Below are positions 11,860 to 24,150 of a stretch of DNA of 64,000 nt, piece after piece. The notes below the pieces were generated by a model. It did not search any database, was not told the origin of the DNA, and saw nothing but the letters and a program-made list of their open reading frames with translations. Origin of the DNA: Elsinoe ampelina (Eukaryota). Every line of letters begins with the position of its first letter. Position 1 is the stretch's first letter. The stretch lies in the NCBI GenBank assembly GCA_010093995.1, contig ML992516.1, forward strand, positions 1 through 64,000, in the 5' to 3' direction. The translations under genes and the position numbers were made by a program.

Positions 11860-14800
11860 ATGGATGACCACAGCTCGGATGCGTTGAGACAGAGCCGAGC
11901 TCAGTACCAAGATGATGACCATAATGACCATAATGACCTAGATTTCAATGATCACAGCGGAGTCTTGTCAAGCCCACAACTACCAGCGCCGGCCCAACGA
12001 GAGAATTCGTCCAGCTCTTTACACTTCTCAGATGCAGTTGATGCGACAGACCTGCATGCCGATCGGGAAAGATCCTTGGATGAGCGGGAGATACAGAGGC
12101 AACTAGGAGATGTGGAATCAAGCTTCTTGCCAGAGTCTGGCTCCCCTGAGACGGATGAAAGGCCAGGCGCGGACGACACATACATGAATCTAGGATCGAA
12201 TGCGGACACACCTCCACAAAGTTCAAGAGGGGATGAGGAGCACCATGCACAAGAGGATGATAACGAAAGAAACGAGACTATGAGTGAAGAGGGAGACTAT
12301 GAGAGATACAGAGAGTCTCAGTCTTCTACAGATCCGGAAACGATGGACTCCCCGAGTGCAGCAGCAGCGAAACGTAACACGGCTCGCGCGAATGCGCCTT
12401 CAAGTCTTCGAAGAGAACTCTCTGCGCGTGCAGTTGCTGATTCTGTTCCGTCACGGTCGAGCAGCAAATCGTTCCCACGAGGCAATTCTCTCGTAAGGTC
12501 ACATTCGTCTGGATCGGGAAGCCAACGAAGTCAGCGATCTCTTCAGCAGCAAACACATGAGGGACATCTCGCAGCTCCAAGCATTGCGACTTCCGATGGT
12601 AGCCCGGCCTCAACTGCATCGCCTCTCAAAAGGCCCACGGCGTCTCATAGTCGCATTGCTAGCCACACCTCTACTTACTCGTCAGGGTCGACATCGACAA
12701 TCAATGCCGACTTTGCTCTCTCGACAGGTATCCCTGCAGATACATCACCTCTTTCCACGCGCACAGCTCGCGACCTCAATCGACTACCATCGTTCGGAAG
12801 CGTAGTCAGCGACATGTCTCGAGATCCAGAAGCCGGCAAGCCTACCTTCAACCGCGGCTTCAGCGCAGCTACTGGTCTTGCTCGGTCCAAGATCCGCGAA
12901 GAAGAGGAAGCTGCCTCGTCACCCATCACACCACGCGCCTCAGCCTTCTCCGGCTCAATCAAAGAACCCAGCGACACGGTCATAGCCGCCCATGTCCGCG
13001 ACATTCAAGTGCCCGAGACCGTCGCAAGAGACTTCCAATCGCGGTTCGGAAGTCGCAGTCCAGACAAACGATCCGCCAGTGTTGCCACGACTGCAACCAA
13101 TGCCACAACCACTGGACGAGGGCAGAGTACACTCACCCTTAAAGAGCAAGGAAGCAAGATCGACAAGCTGACAAAGGAGAACTTTGACCTCAAGCTCAAG
13201 ATCCACTTTCTCGACCAAGCATTGCAGAGCAGAAGCGACGAAGGAGTCAAAGCCATGATCTCCCGTTCCGTCGAGCTACAGACCGACCTCGCCAAAGAAC
13301 GCAGAGACAACGCCGCTCTCCGCCGCCAAGTCAGAGAGCTAGAGCGCAGAGTCGGCGAAGTCGAGGAGGAATTAGCCGAGGAGCGCGAGCGAGGGGAGGA
13401 GATCAAATGGCGGGGCCAGCAGGAGATGGAAGTCGAGATCAGCGAGCTTCGGGAGGAGCTTGACGAGGAGAGGATCAAAGTCACGAAACTCTCGGCCGAA
13501 AATCTGGCCAAGGAGATGGAGAGGAGGAAGATGGCGGAGTACCTTTCTGCTGTGCAGGAACGGGGGGTGCAAGGTGATGAGGAGGTGGAGATGTGGAAGG
13601 ATTTGTTGACTGAGGAGCAAGGGCGGAGAGAGGGTGTAGAGGAGGAAGTGAAGAATCTTAGGGATGAGATGGCGAGGATGAGGAGGGAGAGGGAGAGGTG
13701 GGAGAGGGAGAGGGAGGAGGGGGAGAGGAGTAAGAGTCTGGCGTCGGAAGGGGGGAAGAGTAGTTCGAGTGTGACGCTGGTGGAGCAGTTGAGGCATGAG
13801 AATGTGGAGCTGAGAAGGGATCTGAGTGCGCAGACAAGCATGCTTTCTTCGAGGAATAAGGAGAGGGAGCGGCTGCAGCAGGAGATTGAGGATTTAAAGC
13901 TGCTACAGAGAAAGGGCGGAGATGGGAGAAGCTTGACGGGTGATAGCATACTGGAGAGGTCTGCAAGTCGTGCTGCGAGGACGCCAAGTAGGGTATCTGG
14001 CATGACGGGCAGTCGAGTGAGTGACGCTGAAAGGGACGAGTATGAGAGGAGAGAAGGCCTGCTGAGGGATGAGAATGCTCAGTTGAGGCTCGAGTATCAG
14101 GATATGGAGAAGGAGGCCGAAGCTCGTCTCGACTACATCAATCAACTCGAAGAAGACGTCAAGAATCTGGAGATTGATCTGTCTGCTGCGGTCGAGGATC
14201 TTCGAGCACTGCAAAAGGAGCGTGACGAAGCACTCATGATGGTCGAGATGCGAGAGGGCGATCTCGAAAAGCTGACAGAGGATTATCGCAAGCTTGAGGA
14301 CGAGGCAATATACAACATCGAAGGTCTCGAGGCGAATGAAGCAGAACTCCGACGGCATCGCGCTCTTGTCGAGGATGATCTCAGAGTGCGAAACGAGGAT
14401 TTCGGTGCACTGCAGGGCGAGCTCAAGGTTCTGGGGACGAAGTTGCTTCAGCTCGAGACAGATCGAGAATCCAGCCTTAAGCGTATCGCTACCCTCGAAG
14501 CCGAGCTGGATGAGACCACTACCGAGCTGGAATCATTCGAGCGCAAGCTGCGAGAGTCTGACCAGAAGAATCAGCGTCTGGAAGTGCAATCCGAGTCTCT
14601 TCAGAACGAAATCACGTTCCTCCGTGAAGAACAAGAAGCAGACAAGATCAAGATCGGAGACCTCACAAACGCCCTGCACGGTGCCCAGCAAGCTGTCGCG
14701 GACGAGAAAGAGCGCCTCACCGAGCTCGAAGCCTCCCTCGTCGAAGAACGCCGCCAACGAGAACTCATCGACGACCAGTCCAAGCAAGAAGTCCAGCAAG

Positions 14801-16434
14801 TCATCAACGAGCTCAACGCCGAGAACAGCAAGTCACGCGATGATCTGCGCAAGCTGCGTCGAAATATGTCCAGCAAAGAGAACGAAGCGCAGACTTACAA
14901 GTCTCGTCTCGAAGAGCTGGAGAGCAATCTCCGAAGAGCATTGGGCGATCTTGCTGGCACGAGAAGCACGCTGCTGCAAGATGTGGAGAAGTTACAGCAT
15001 GACCTGGGCAGGACAGCAGAGGAGCTCGATGCGGCTCGCGCTGACGTCGCTGACAAGGACAGGCTGATCAAGAGCCGCGATGTGTTGCTTGAATCGTCTG
15101 GGCTAGAGGCACGTCGACTGAGTGACCTGTTGGATAAGGAAAGGCAGGCGCGGAAGCACGATCTGCATAACTTTGAGATGGTCCAGAGAGGGAATAGTGG
15201 CCACCTGCGGGCTATCGCCAACCACGAGACTAGAAACCTGGAGCTGGAGACTGCGTTGAGTCAGGCGAAGAGGAAGCTGGGGACCGTGGAGGGCCAGTAT
15301 AAAGCACAATTGGAGGAGCGGAATGCCTTGCTACTGAGTCTTTGGAATAGGCTGAGTACGATCTGCGGGACCGAGTGGAGCCAGCAGAACGGTGGGCTTG
15401 GTGGCAATGTGACCAGTGTCGAGAGTATCGGGAAGCATCTGCCGCAGTTCCAGAGGAATATTCTGGCTGCATGCAAGGCGATCGAGGGGCTGTTCAGTGG
15501 GTTGAAGGGCAGGATTCGGATGGCAGAAAGGTCAATGGCGAAGGACGTCAACACGTTGAGTCTTTCGCTGGAGCAAAAGGTGAAGAGGCTGGACCAAGTC
15601 GAGAAGATGGCGAACGAGCTGGTCGAGGTCAACACGCAACTTCGCACAGCGATCGCCAATAGTGGACTTGGAGCAAGCACTGGTCGGAGTCCCAGCGCAG
15701 CTTCTGGGTCGTTCGGACAGAACAAGCTCAGTAAAGCGCATCAAGAAGAGATGAAGATACTGCGGACGGAGATCAAGTCTCTTCAGAAAGAGCTCAAGAT
15801 TCACCGCGCCCTCCCGAGCGACGAAGCAGCAGAAAAGATCAAAGCCGACCTCGAGATCCGCTCCAACAACAGCGGCAACCGTCGCAGCAGTGTCCTTGGC
15901 CTCCTCGGTGTCGGCGACGGCGACGGCAACAGACTCAGCCCGGCCACCATCGCAGGCAAGATCCTACGCACCAATTCCGAGAGCGCCGTCCGCACCCTCA
16001 ACCTCACGGGGAACAGACAAAGCGTCGACCTCGGCCGCCAAGCCAGCGTCGCAAGCAACACTCCCTCAACCAACAGAATGAGTCAAGACCTCCAAGCCCA
16101 AGGCCCGACGATGCCCCCTGGCTCCGGCCCCAACGACCAACGCTGGATTCACCGGCTCCGAGAGCTTGAGAAGCGGCTGAAAGCCGAACGCGAAGCCCGT
16201 CTTCTGGACCGCAAAGGCGCACGGCAACGTCTAGAGGAGCGAAGTGCCGAGAACGAGGGACTTCGACAAGAGCTGGAGAGGGAGAGGGAAAGGAACGGGA
16301 GTATTACCAGTTTGGATAGTTTCCAGAGTTTTGGACAAGGGGAGGGGGAGGAGGTAATGACGCCGAGGGCGAGTATGAGTAGGAGGGAGACGGAGAGGGA
16401 GGGGAGGGATGTGAGGGGCAGGAGGGAGGCTTAG
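11860..16434 (+). CDS. apsB: Spindle pole body / MTOC protein ApsB (Mto1 family)
   Basis: Centrosomin CM1 motif LTLKEQGSKIDKLTKENFDLKLKIHFL, long coiled coil, and C-terminal WIHRLRELEKRLKAEREARLLDRKGARQRL motif. Confidence 0.85.
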   Translation: MDDHSSDALRQSRAQYQDDDHNDHNDLDFNDHSGVLSSPQLPAPAQRENSSSSLHFSDAVDATDLHADRERSLDEREIQRQLGDVESSFLPESGSPETDERPGADDTYMNLGSNADTPPQSSRGDEEHHAQEDDNERNETMSEEGDYERYRESQSSTDPETMDSPSAAAAKRNTARANAPSSLRRELSARAVADSVPSRSSSKSFPRGNSLVRSHSSGSGSQRSQRSLQQQTHEGHLAAPSIATSDGSPASTASPLKRPTASHSRIASHTSTYSSGSTSTINADFALSTGIPADTSPLSTRTARDLNRLPSFGSVVSDMSRDPEAGKPTFNRGFSAATGLARSKIREEEEAASSPITPRASAFSGSIKEPSDTVIAAHVRDIQVPETVARDFQSRFGSRSPDKRSASVATTATNATTTGRGQSTLTLKEQGSKIDKLTKENFDLKLKIHFLDQALQSRSDEGVKAMISRSVELQTDLAKERRDNAALRRQVRELERRVGEVEEELAEERERGEEIKWRGQQEMEVEISELREELDEERIKVTKLSAENLAKEMERRKMAEYLSAVQERGVQGDEEVEMWKDLLTEEQGRREGVEEEVKNLRDEMARMRRERERWEREREEGERSKSLASEGGKSSSSVTLVEQLRHENVELRRDLSAQTSMLSSRNKERERLQQEIEDLKLLQRKGGDGRSLTGDSILERSASRAARTPSRVSGMTGSRVSDAERDEYERREGLLRDENAQLRLEYQDMEKEAEARLDYINQLEEDVKNLEIDLSAAVEDLRALQKERDEALMMVEMREGDLEKLTEDYRKLEDEAIYNIEGLEANEAELRRHRALVEDDLRVRNEDFGALQGELKVLGTKLLQLETDRESSLKRIATLEAELDETTTELESFERKLRESDQKNQRLEVQSESLQNEITFLREEQEADKIKIGDLTNALHGAQQAVADEKERLTELEASLVEERRQRELIDDQSKQEVQQVINELNAENSKSRDDLRKLRRNMSSKENEAQTYKSRLEELESNLRRALGDLAGTRSTLLQDVEKLQHDLGRTAEELDAARADVADKDRLIKSRDVLLESSGLEARRLSDLLDKERQARKHDLHNFEMVQRGNSGHLRAIANHETRNLELETALSQAKRKLGTVEGQYKAQLEERNALLLSLWNRLSTICGTEWSQQNGGLGGNVTSVESIGKHLPQFQRNILAACKAIEGLFSGLKGRIRMAERSMAKDVNTLSLSLEQKVKRLDQVEKMANELVEVNTQLRTAIANSGLGASTGRSPSAASGSFGQNKLSKAHQEEMKILRTEIKSLQKELKIHRALPSDEAAEKIKADLEIRSNNSGNRRSSVLGLLGVGDGDGNRLSPATIAGKILRTNSESAVRTLNLTGNRQSVDLGRQASVASNTPSTNRMSQDLQAQGPTMPPGSGPNDQRWIHRLRELEKRLKAEREARLLDRKGARQRLEERSAENEGLRQELERERERNGSITSLDSFQSFGQGEGEEVMTPRASMSRRETEREGRDVRGRREA

Positions 16435-16882
16435 TGGGTGATTTTGAGGGAGGGGTGGGAGGGCGTGGGAGGGTGGTGGTGAGGGTTGTGACGGGGAGGG
16501 GGCAATGTCCTATGGTCAGAGAGAGGAATATGAGAACCTATGATTATGACCTAATACCGCCATGGGATCCCGTAATGACTGAGAAATGAATCTCGTCCTT
16601 GATGTGAGTGAGGGCGTCGCACGTGATCAGGGTTAGGGTTGCGCGTGGCGCGTTTGCTGCAGACTTCAACTCCTTTGTTCGCCATGAACCCGAAAATGCA
16701 TGTGGACATGGGATCCTCGTAAGCTCGACATGACGGCAACTTTTATCGACACTACTCGCCGTCGCATTCTCGTCCAGGATTAGAGAGCCTGGCCAGGACA
16801 GTGGACGCGCGACCTTAAAGGACGAGCAAACAATCCCCCGCCAGTGCCCCGGAAACGCACGAGGCAATCGCCTATCACGACC

Positions 16883-18883
16883 ATGTACGGGAGAGGAGGT
16901 GGTCGTAGTAATGTCCCTTGCAAGTACTATGCTAGAGGGAATTGCAACAAAGGAGGTTCGGTCAACTCTCGTCACCCCGCATTCAAGCCAGCTAATAAAT
17001 GACAGACAATTGCACATTCGAGCATGTCGGACATCAGTCAAATAATCGCTTCTCTGCGCTGTCCGGACAGAACAATGCCGGAAGAGGGAGGCAGGGTGAT
17101 GGCAAGGAGGGAACGCAAACGTGAGTGGAAGACAGTGTAGAAGTGTGTCTTTATACTGATCACTCTTGTAGCTTTGGTGTGAACAAAGAAGCCATCGTCG
17201 CGGATCTTAAGAACGAGCGTCCAATATGGCCCTTCTCGGCGTACGCTCCGGGAAAAGATGCACCGAAGCAGCTTCTGGAGGGCTTTCCGGTGGAGCAGAG
17301 CCCAGAAGAGATGAGAGTGCTTTATTATCTTGCACAAGCGGCGGGGAATCCGCAACAAGCTGTCTATCCCTCCTGCTAGGTACTGAGGACGCCACTGACC
17401 TTTCCAGATCCAAAACGAACAGGAGCTGATCCAGCGAGTCAATCAGCAAATCGAGAAGATCTTGAGCAACCCCGACGAGGCAGTCAAGTACATCATCAGC
17501 GGCGGTGACGAGCATCCTAACAGGCGCGACCTCACAAAGCAGGCTGGCCAGGTAGATCCGCCCAAAGCGAACAATCCGTTCGGTAGCGGTACCACGACTT
17601 CTGCTTTCGGTAAGCCATCTGCTTTTGGAGCAGCAGCGCCCTCTCAATCAGCGTTTGGTCAACCCTCGACCTTCGGCAAAGCTGCAAGTCCATTCGGAGG
17701 TGCCAATCAGACTTCGGCATTCGGACAGCCGTCGCAGCCAAGAGGTACTTCAGCATTTGGGCAGCCTTCGCAGGTCGGGACTACCTCAGCGTTCGGGCAA
17801 CCGTCACAGATGGGCGGCAAGTCTGCGTTTGGTCAACCTTCACAGATGGGTGGTACCTCGGGTTTTGGGCAGCCAAGTACCTCTGCATTCGGACAGCCTT
17901 CTCAACCAGGGACCACGTCTGCATTTGGACAGCCTTCGCAACCTGGTGCGCCGTCAGCATTCGGACAGCCATCTCAGCCAGGAAGCAGTTCGGCTTTTGG
18001 GCAGCCTTCGCAAATGGGAGGTGCCTCTGCGTTTGGTAAACCCTCGCAGCCAGGAGTGTCTGCCTTTGGACAGCCATCCCAGCCAGGGACATCAGCTTTC
18101 GGACAAGCCTCGCAAGCAGGAGCGTCAGCTTTTGGGCAACCTTCTCAACCTACGACATCTGCATTTAATCAGCCATCAACTGTCGGTGGCGGTGGAGCGT
18201 TCGGTCAGCCATCGGGGCAAGCGCAGACGACATCTGCTTTCGGGCAGCCTTCACAACCAAGTAACCCTTTCTCCAACCAGCAGAGTACTGGGGCTTTTGG
18301 TCAATCAAATCAGCCAAATACCTCCTCCCCTTTCGCCGCTGGGTCACAACAAGGCGCGGGAAGTTCACCGTTTGCTGCGGGTGCAAATCGACCGTCGCCT
18401 TTCGCACAACAACAGCCCGCGCCGAGTGGCAATACAACGAATCCTTTCAGCCAGCCATCTCAGCCGACCTCTTCTCCCTTCGCGCAGGCAAATACGTCTG
18501 CCGTCAAATCGCCAATGACACAGCCTCAAGGAGTTCCGCAGGCAGGAGGAGCGACCGATACTGCGACGCCTCCTTTCAATACGTATGCTCAAATTCAAGG
18601 GAACCAATTGAGATCATGGCATGGCAAACCCGTCACATATGTTGACAACCAACCATACTACTCAAAGACTGGGAACCTGCGAGACGACTCAAGTCTGGAA
18701 AGGATTTGGCATCCGGAGGGAGCGCCGCAGCCGAATCCCTATACGCAAGACAAGGAAGAGTTGTATGCCAAGTATGGCAGTACTGTAGAGGCACAATACA
18801 GGACATGTGCAGAGCAGGGAAGGTTTACTGCTGGTATCCCTCTTCTCGCGCCAAAAAGGGAGTGGATCAGGTTCGATGTTTGA
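16883..18883 (+). CDS. AMO1: FG nucleoporin Amo1/Nup42-like with N-terminal CCCH finger
   Basis: Spliced N-terminus CKYYARGNCNKGDNCTFEH (introns 16956-17005, 17121-17171, 17362-17407), the motif ERPIWPFSAY...EQSPEEMR, many SAFGQPS repeats, and a C-terminal GIPLLAPKREW. Confidence 0.8.
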
Positions 18884-19142
18884 GGTGATTATGATATTAG
18901 CGAGGCGTACCGGAAGTTAATAAATAGCAATATGAAGGCAGTATAGCTATAGTCCATTGCCCTACATCAAAGAATGGTAGAGGTCCACACGCAATTTGAG
19001 CCGCAAAAGCTTGTCAACACCAGCGTCACTCTGCCCTTTCGTAATTTCTAGCCCAACACCTGTTCATCCCAACCGCACAGACACGACACAATCTGTCATG
19101 AGCCCGAAACACTAGCGGCACACGATCCGCAGCTTGTCAAAA

Positions 19143-20332
19143 ATGTCCACCGAGATGGAGTCCCCTTCCACATCTACCGACTCCATCGCCAACACCCAAT
19201 CCTCGTCCCAGACCTCGCTCCTCTCCACCTTTGCCTACCCAGTGTCATACACAGTGTCTGGGCTACTGAGAAGAATCGCGGCCGACGAGGCGCCCACGCC
19301 CCTCGCTCGTGCCCTCAGCGCCAACTTTAACGGATCCATGCATGACCCGGATATGGGCGCTTTCAATCCACCTCCAGCGCGACGACTGTCTCCGTTCCAG
19401 CCCCCGCCGCTCACCCCTCTCTCCCTGTCCGGCTTCAAAGACTCCACACCGCACAAGTCAAGATTATTGAACAAGGCTTTGGCAGAAGAGATACGGCTGC
19501 TTATACCTCCCCGCCTGCAGCTCGTAGACACCTGGAAGCTCGCCTACAGCCTCGAGCAAGACGGTACCAGTCTCGCTTCACTCTACAAACTCCTCGAACC
19601 ATTCCGCGGGAAAAGAGGTGGCTTCATCCTGACTATCCGGGACACCGAAGGCGCCGTACGTGCCCCCCTCCCCTTTGCCAATCCCAACTAACCCCTCAGA
19701 TCTTCGGCGCCTACCTCTCCGACCCCCCCCACCCATCCCCCCACTACTACGGCACAGGCGAGTGCTTCCTCTGGCGATGCTTCCGCCTCCCCTCGCTCCC
19801 GGACCTCTCCTCCCTCCCCCCACCTCCAAGCGAAGACACGACCCACCTCGGCCGCATGACGACCATCACCTCCCTCTCCCCCTCCAGCTCCAACACCTCC
19901 CTCGCCTCCCTCCCCACCACCACAAACCCAAGCACGCGCAACCCCTCCCCATCCCCCCTCCGCCATCCCGCCAACATAAACTTGATGGACGACGACGCCC
20001 CCCTGGGCTCAGGCACCTTCACCCCCGCGAGCACCGCCCCTCCCTCCTCCTCCAACGCCGGCGCAACCCACGGGCACAGAAGGAGGGACTCCCACCCTTT
20101 ACGCTTCAAGGCCTTCCCGTACACAGGCGAGAACGACTTTACGATCCTTTGCGGGCAGGACTTTTTGAGCGTGGGAGGGGGCAAAGGCAAGTATGGGTTG
20201 TGGCTGGACGATCGCATGGCGAGGGGCGCGAGCGGCGAGTGTGAGACTTTCGGGAACGAGGCGTTGTCCGACGCGAGAGGGGGCAAGTTTGGGGTGTTGG
20301 GGGTGGAGGTTTGGGTTGTTGGGGGATCGTGA
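19143..20332 (+). CDS. OXR1: Oxidation resistance protein 1 (TLDc domain)
   Basis: WKLAYSLEQDGTSLASLY, FGAYLS..YYGTGECFLW, FLSVGGG..YGLWLD, CETFGNEALS. Intron 19656-19699. Confidence 0.88.
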
Positions 20333-21094
20333 TGGTGGACTTGGGGGGAAGAGGTGGAAGGTCAGGAGGGAGTGGTGAAGTTGTAGAAATGCCGAAAGAG
20401 AAAACGGAGAGGCGCGGAGAACGACGGGACGATGCGGGGACCGTGGGCTGGCTGAGGTGCTTCCAAGCGGTGGCTCAAGAGGACAGTGTGTGGGGAAAGA
20501 GACATGAGATACGAAAGAGACGACAGTAATGAACCTTGTGGGACACGGGACCATGGAAGAAAAAAAAGAGACAGTGGTGAACAAGGCCAGGGCGTTGGGT
20601 AAGGGCGGTATATACCCGGGGTAATCTACGGCGTGTGCCTATTTTTCAAGCATATTTCTGCATCTTGTGCATGTCCCTCGGTGGTGGACTGAGGCCCATG
20701 GCGCTCTTGAGCCAGTGATGGCGGTCTAGATATATATGGTAGTGTATGCATGTCTCGTGTCATGGTCGCTGGCCGTGCAGCGTGTGAGTTCTGGTAGTAA
20801 CAGGCTCTGCTGGTAGTATCAGGATCCACTGGTAGTGTTTAGGCCCTCCTGGTGATATCATGCTTCGCCTGGTCTTGTCGTCGTCAGATCGTTCCGTCGT
20901 TTCGTGTGTTGTCCTTCCAGAGCTTTTATGAAAACAGCCAGACGCCTCGCTTCCAAGTGCAAGATTCCAAGTGCAAGATACAGCCAAAAACCTCGCTATG
21001 CGTCCAGAGTAGAAGCCATGAATCCAAATCAAGCGCCGCTGTAGGGTCCAGCCCCAGTGAAGCACGTGTCCCCCTTTGGCCTCAATCCGACCCT

Positions 21095-22979
21095 TTACAG
21101 GGCCGGATGAACCTCCCTCTCCCCCTCGCCCCCATCTTTCTCACCCTCCATTTCATCTTTCCTGCCACAGATCTCCTTCCAATCAAGTCCAAAGTCAAGA
21201 GGACTCGTCGCATTCTCTTCAGCGCCATAGAAGTCCTCAATGGACGCCACGCCATCTTCGTATCCAAGGTCAATCAAGTCCTCGTTGTACTCCGGAAAAG
21301 GTTGGAGACCGCTATGCTCTGGTGGCGAGGAAGGCGCATACATCTCTGTCAAGACGTCTTGTCCCGAGGGACTGGCGGTAAGTGTGCCTTTCTCCGGGAC
21401 CGTGCGGGTGATGGTCACTTCGAAACCCGGTGCGAGCGTGGTGGGTTCTTGGGGCATGGTAGTGTAGGTGGTGGGAGGAGGGATGGTGGAAGCGAACGTC
21501 GCGAAGGGATTTGGGACTGTGATTGCAGCGTTAGTGGTGCGAAGGGAGATGTGAAACAGGAACGGGCAGACTTACAGGGAGACGGCTTTGGGATGTTGGG
21601 TTCTTCCCAGCTTGCGACTGGGGCGGGCTTGAGGCCTATACTGGCGAGGTGTCGGGCGCGCTGCTCCTCTTCGTCGTGCCAGTAGGGGTCTCCATCAAGA
21701 TGAGCTGGGATGAGAGGCGTTGTGTTGTCCAAGTGTGGTGTTTTGGCTGCATAATCAGGCCAGACGCCTTCATCGCCAAAATGTGGACTAGGAATAGAGA
21801 AGTTAGGAGGAGAGCGGGCGAACAGGTTTGGCTCCGGAGTGAGGTGGGTCTGCTGCGCCACTCCGTAGGCCAAGAAGTGTCCTGGTTCGGGGAATCTGAC
21901 GGTCTCGTCTGGTACCCATTCGACGAGTGATGGGTGGTCTTCGGTCGGTGTAGATTCTGGGCCGCTGTAGTTGTCGTTGGCGATGTTGTGGAGGAAGGGG
22001 CCGGCGTGTTGGAAGGGCGGCTTGTCTTGCGAGATGTGGGAGGGGTAGCTGTGATAGTTGCCATGGGTTGTGTCGGGAATGTAGCCATGATCATTGTCCT
22101 GGTGGTAGGCGAGGAAAAGGTTGGTCTCTACGCTATACTCTCCGTTGTCGTAATATGGGGTCCGACTGCGCTCGCGCGAGCGGGGGGAGTGTGTCGACAA
22201 ACGTGGATGCTTGTCGCTGGCAATCGTGGAGGCAATAGAGATGGCCGAGTCTTCACGTTCAAGGCTGGCCCTGATCGTTTGCTGGTCATCATCCTCCCCC
22301 TCATCCTCAAGATCAGAGATGTCGTTGACATAGACGGTATCCTCGTCAGACTCGTCGATCGGGACAAACTTCCTACGCTTCGTGCGGCGGCCTGTGCTGG
22401 GTGGAGTGGGGAGGCCAATGCGAGGAATATCTTCGTTCAAGTCTTCATCTTCTGCTGGCGCCTTGCGCTTCTGCAATTGTTAGCATATTTCAACCAATTT
22501 CAAGATTGCGCTCACCTTCTGGGTGACTTTGCCTGTGACGTCAAGCCACGGGTTGTAAGCCCCAGGAATGCAAAGCCAAATCCATTCCTGCTCTGTGAAA
22601 CCTAGATCGGATGCGGTAAGAACAGAGTCGACCTGAATGACCGAGGCATCAGCATCGGTCCTTTGGTGAAGACGTCCCACCAGCCCAGTCCTGGGTGAAA
22701 TCACACCAAGACGTGAATTGATGACTAGCAACTGTCAGCAAAGTCTGTATAGTAAATGTTCCACCCACTCTCTTCCCCGGTCTTTGTCTTCCTGTCTTTG
22801 TGCAAGCCGGGAGCATCCCTGATCTTTGCACGTTCGATCGACCTCTTGCCGTCTATGACGGGCTGCGCCAGGATGTATCCGTGAATCTTCAAAACACACT
22901 TGCGCTGAAGCTCATCCAAGGCAGGTGACAGTCGTGATTCGATTCCCGCAAGCTCAATCTGCATAGCTGCGGCAGCCAT
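21095..22979 (-). CDS. Hypothetical 4-exon protein, acidic/low-complexity, with a basic NLS-like segment
   Basis: Four minus-strand ORFs can be joined through GT..AG introns. Intron 21575-21517 (GTAAGT..CTAAC..CAG) restores frame into the 21095 ORF. Contains KRKAP and GRRTKRRK. Confidence 0.55.
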
Positions 22980-24150
22980 CCTGCCAGAGGTGACAATGCC
23001 GAAAGATACAGATTGGTGAAAGTGGAGGTGAAGCGTGAGTGAGATGCAGGCCAAGCCATATGATATAGCTCAATGGTACAATCGTAATGAGATTGAGACG
23101 GCGTTTGTCTCAGGCAACAATCAATTGTGGTGAGGCTGTATAAGATGAGATCAGGTCAAACAAACATGTGACAAGCATGTGATCGAGTCGATTGAGGTTG
23201 CATGTGAAGAGCTTAGGACTTGTAATTGTAAAGTTGGTCTTGCACGGGCGAAGCCGTGACACCTACCTCGAAGTCTTTTAGAAATCTGTCGCAGAACGAT
23301 TCTCCTCTGAAGCGAGCTATGAGGTCGTATGATACCGGTGACTGGCTGCATCAGAGACCTTTGCCACAAGGCATGTAGGGTCCGCCAATCCCGCGGTCGG
23401 GAGCGGTGACATGGTCTTGTTCGGTGAAATTGATAGCTGCACATATCAGCAATCTTACCTGGTGACCAACACAGATGAGATAAGTTGAGGCCGAAGCAAG
23501 TGCAGCTGTAATTAGCACTCGACTGGGAGGCAATTGAGGCCGCTCGGACGTGGAGCCGGTCCAAGACATGTGGGAAATGTCCTCGGATGGCTTCGACTTT
23601 AAGCTGGATCCTAGAACGTATCCCTTGTCATGAAATTGGGTCATCTGTCGGGAGACAAGTGTGATCAGGATGGTGGAAAAGAAAAGGAAAAGAGTAGCTG
23701 GAGGTGAGGTTAAGTTGGGGCTGACATGACCTCACTCCACATCCACAACCGAGGTCATACATCAAGAGCCTCACAAAGACAAGCAGGCAGATTATTAATG
23801 TCTCGGCCGATTGCACCGCTAAACTAATTTTAAATTCAAACGTGAAATAATAAGTTATATCTTCTTCGACTGCTCCAGATTTTGAGCGGCAGAGCCATGC
23901 AGGGCATCTACCGAAACCCCAGAAAACCTCCTATGAGACATTGAATGAGCATTCCGACAAAGCACACTATTCTTTCATCAGATGTCTGACAGCCTCGACA
24001 TCAGTACTCTCTCTCTTGTTATGAGGGTAGCTCGCCCCTCCTTCGTCCTCGACTGTGTAGGCATTGACCACGAGGATGCCATTGTTCCCGGGAGTCAAGC
24101 CATTTTCGCTACCGTCCTCACTAATGTTATCAAGGTCGCGAACATGTGCC

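Noticed and set aside
16629..16641. Telomere-like GGGTTAGGGTT (also near 49189)
   Set aside because: Under two repeat units; at most a promoter telobox, not a telomere or telomerase RNA.
17580..18300. Novel tandem DNA repeat
   Set aside because: Explained by the coding SAFGQPS FG repeats of the nucleoporin.
20852..22605. Plus-strand ORFs of 277 and 223 aa
   Set aside because: Non-ATG starts and antisense to the spliced minus-strand gene.
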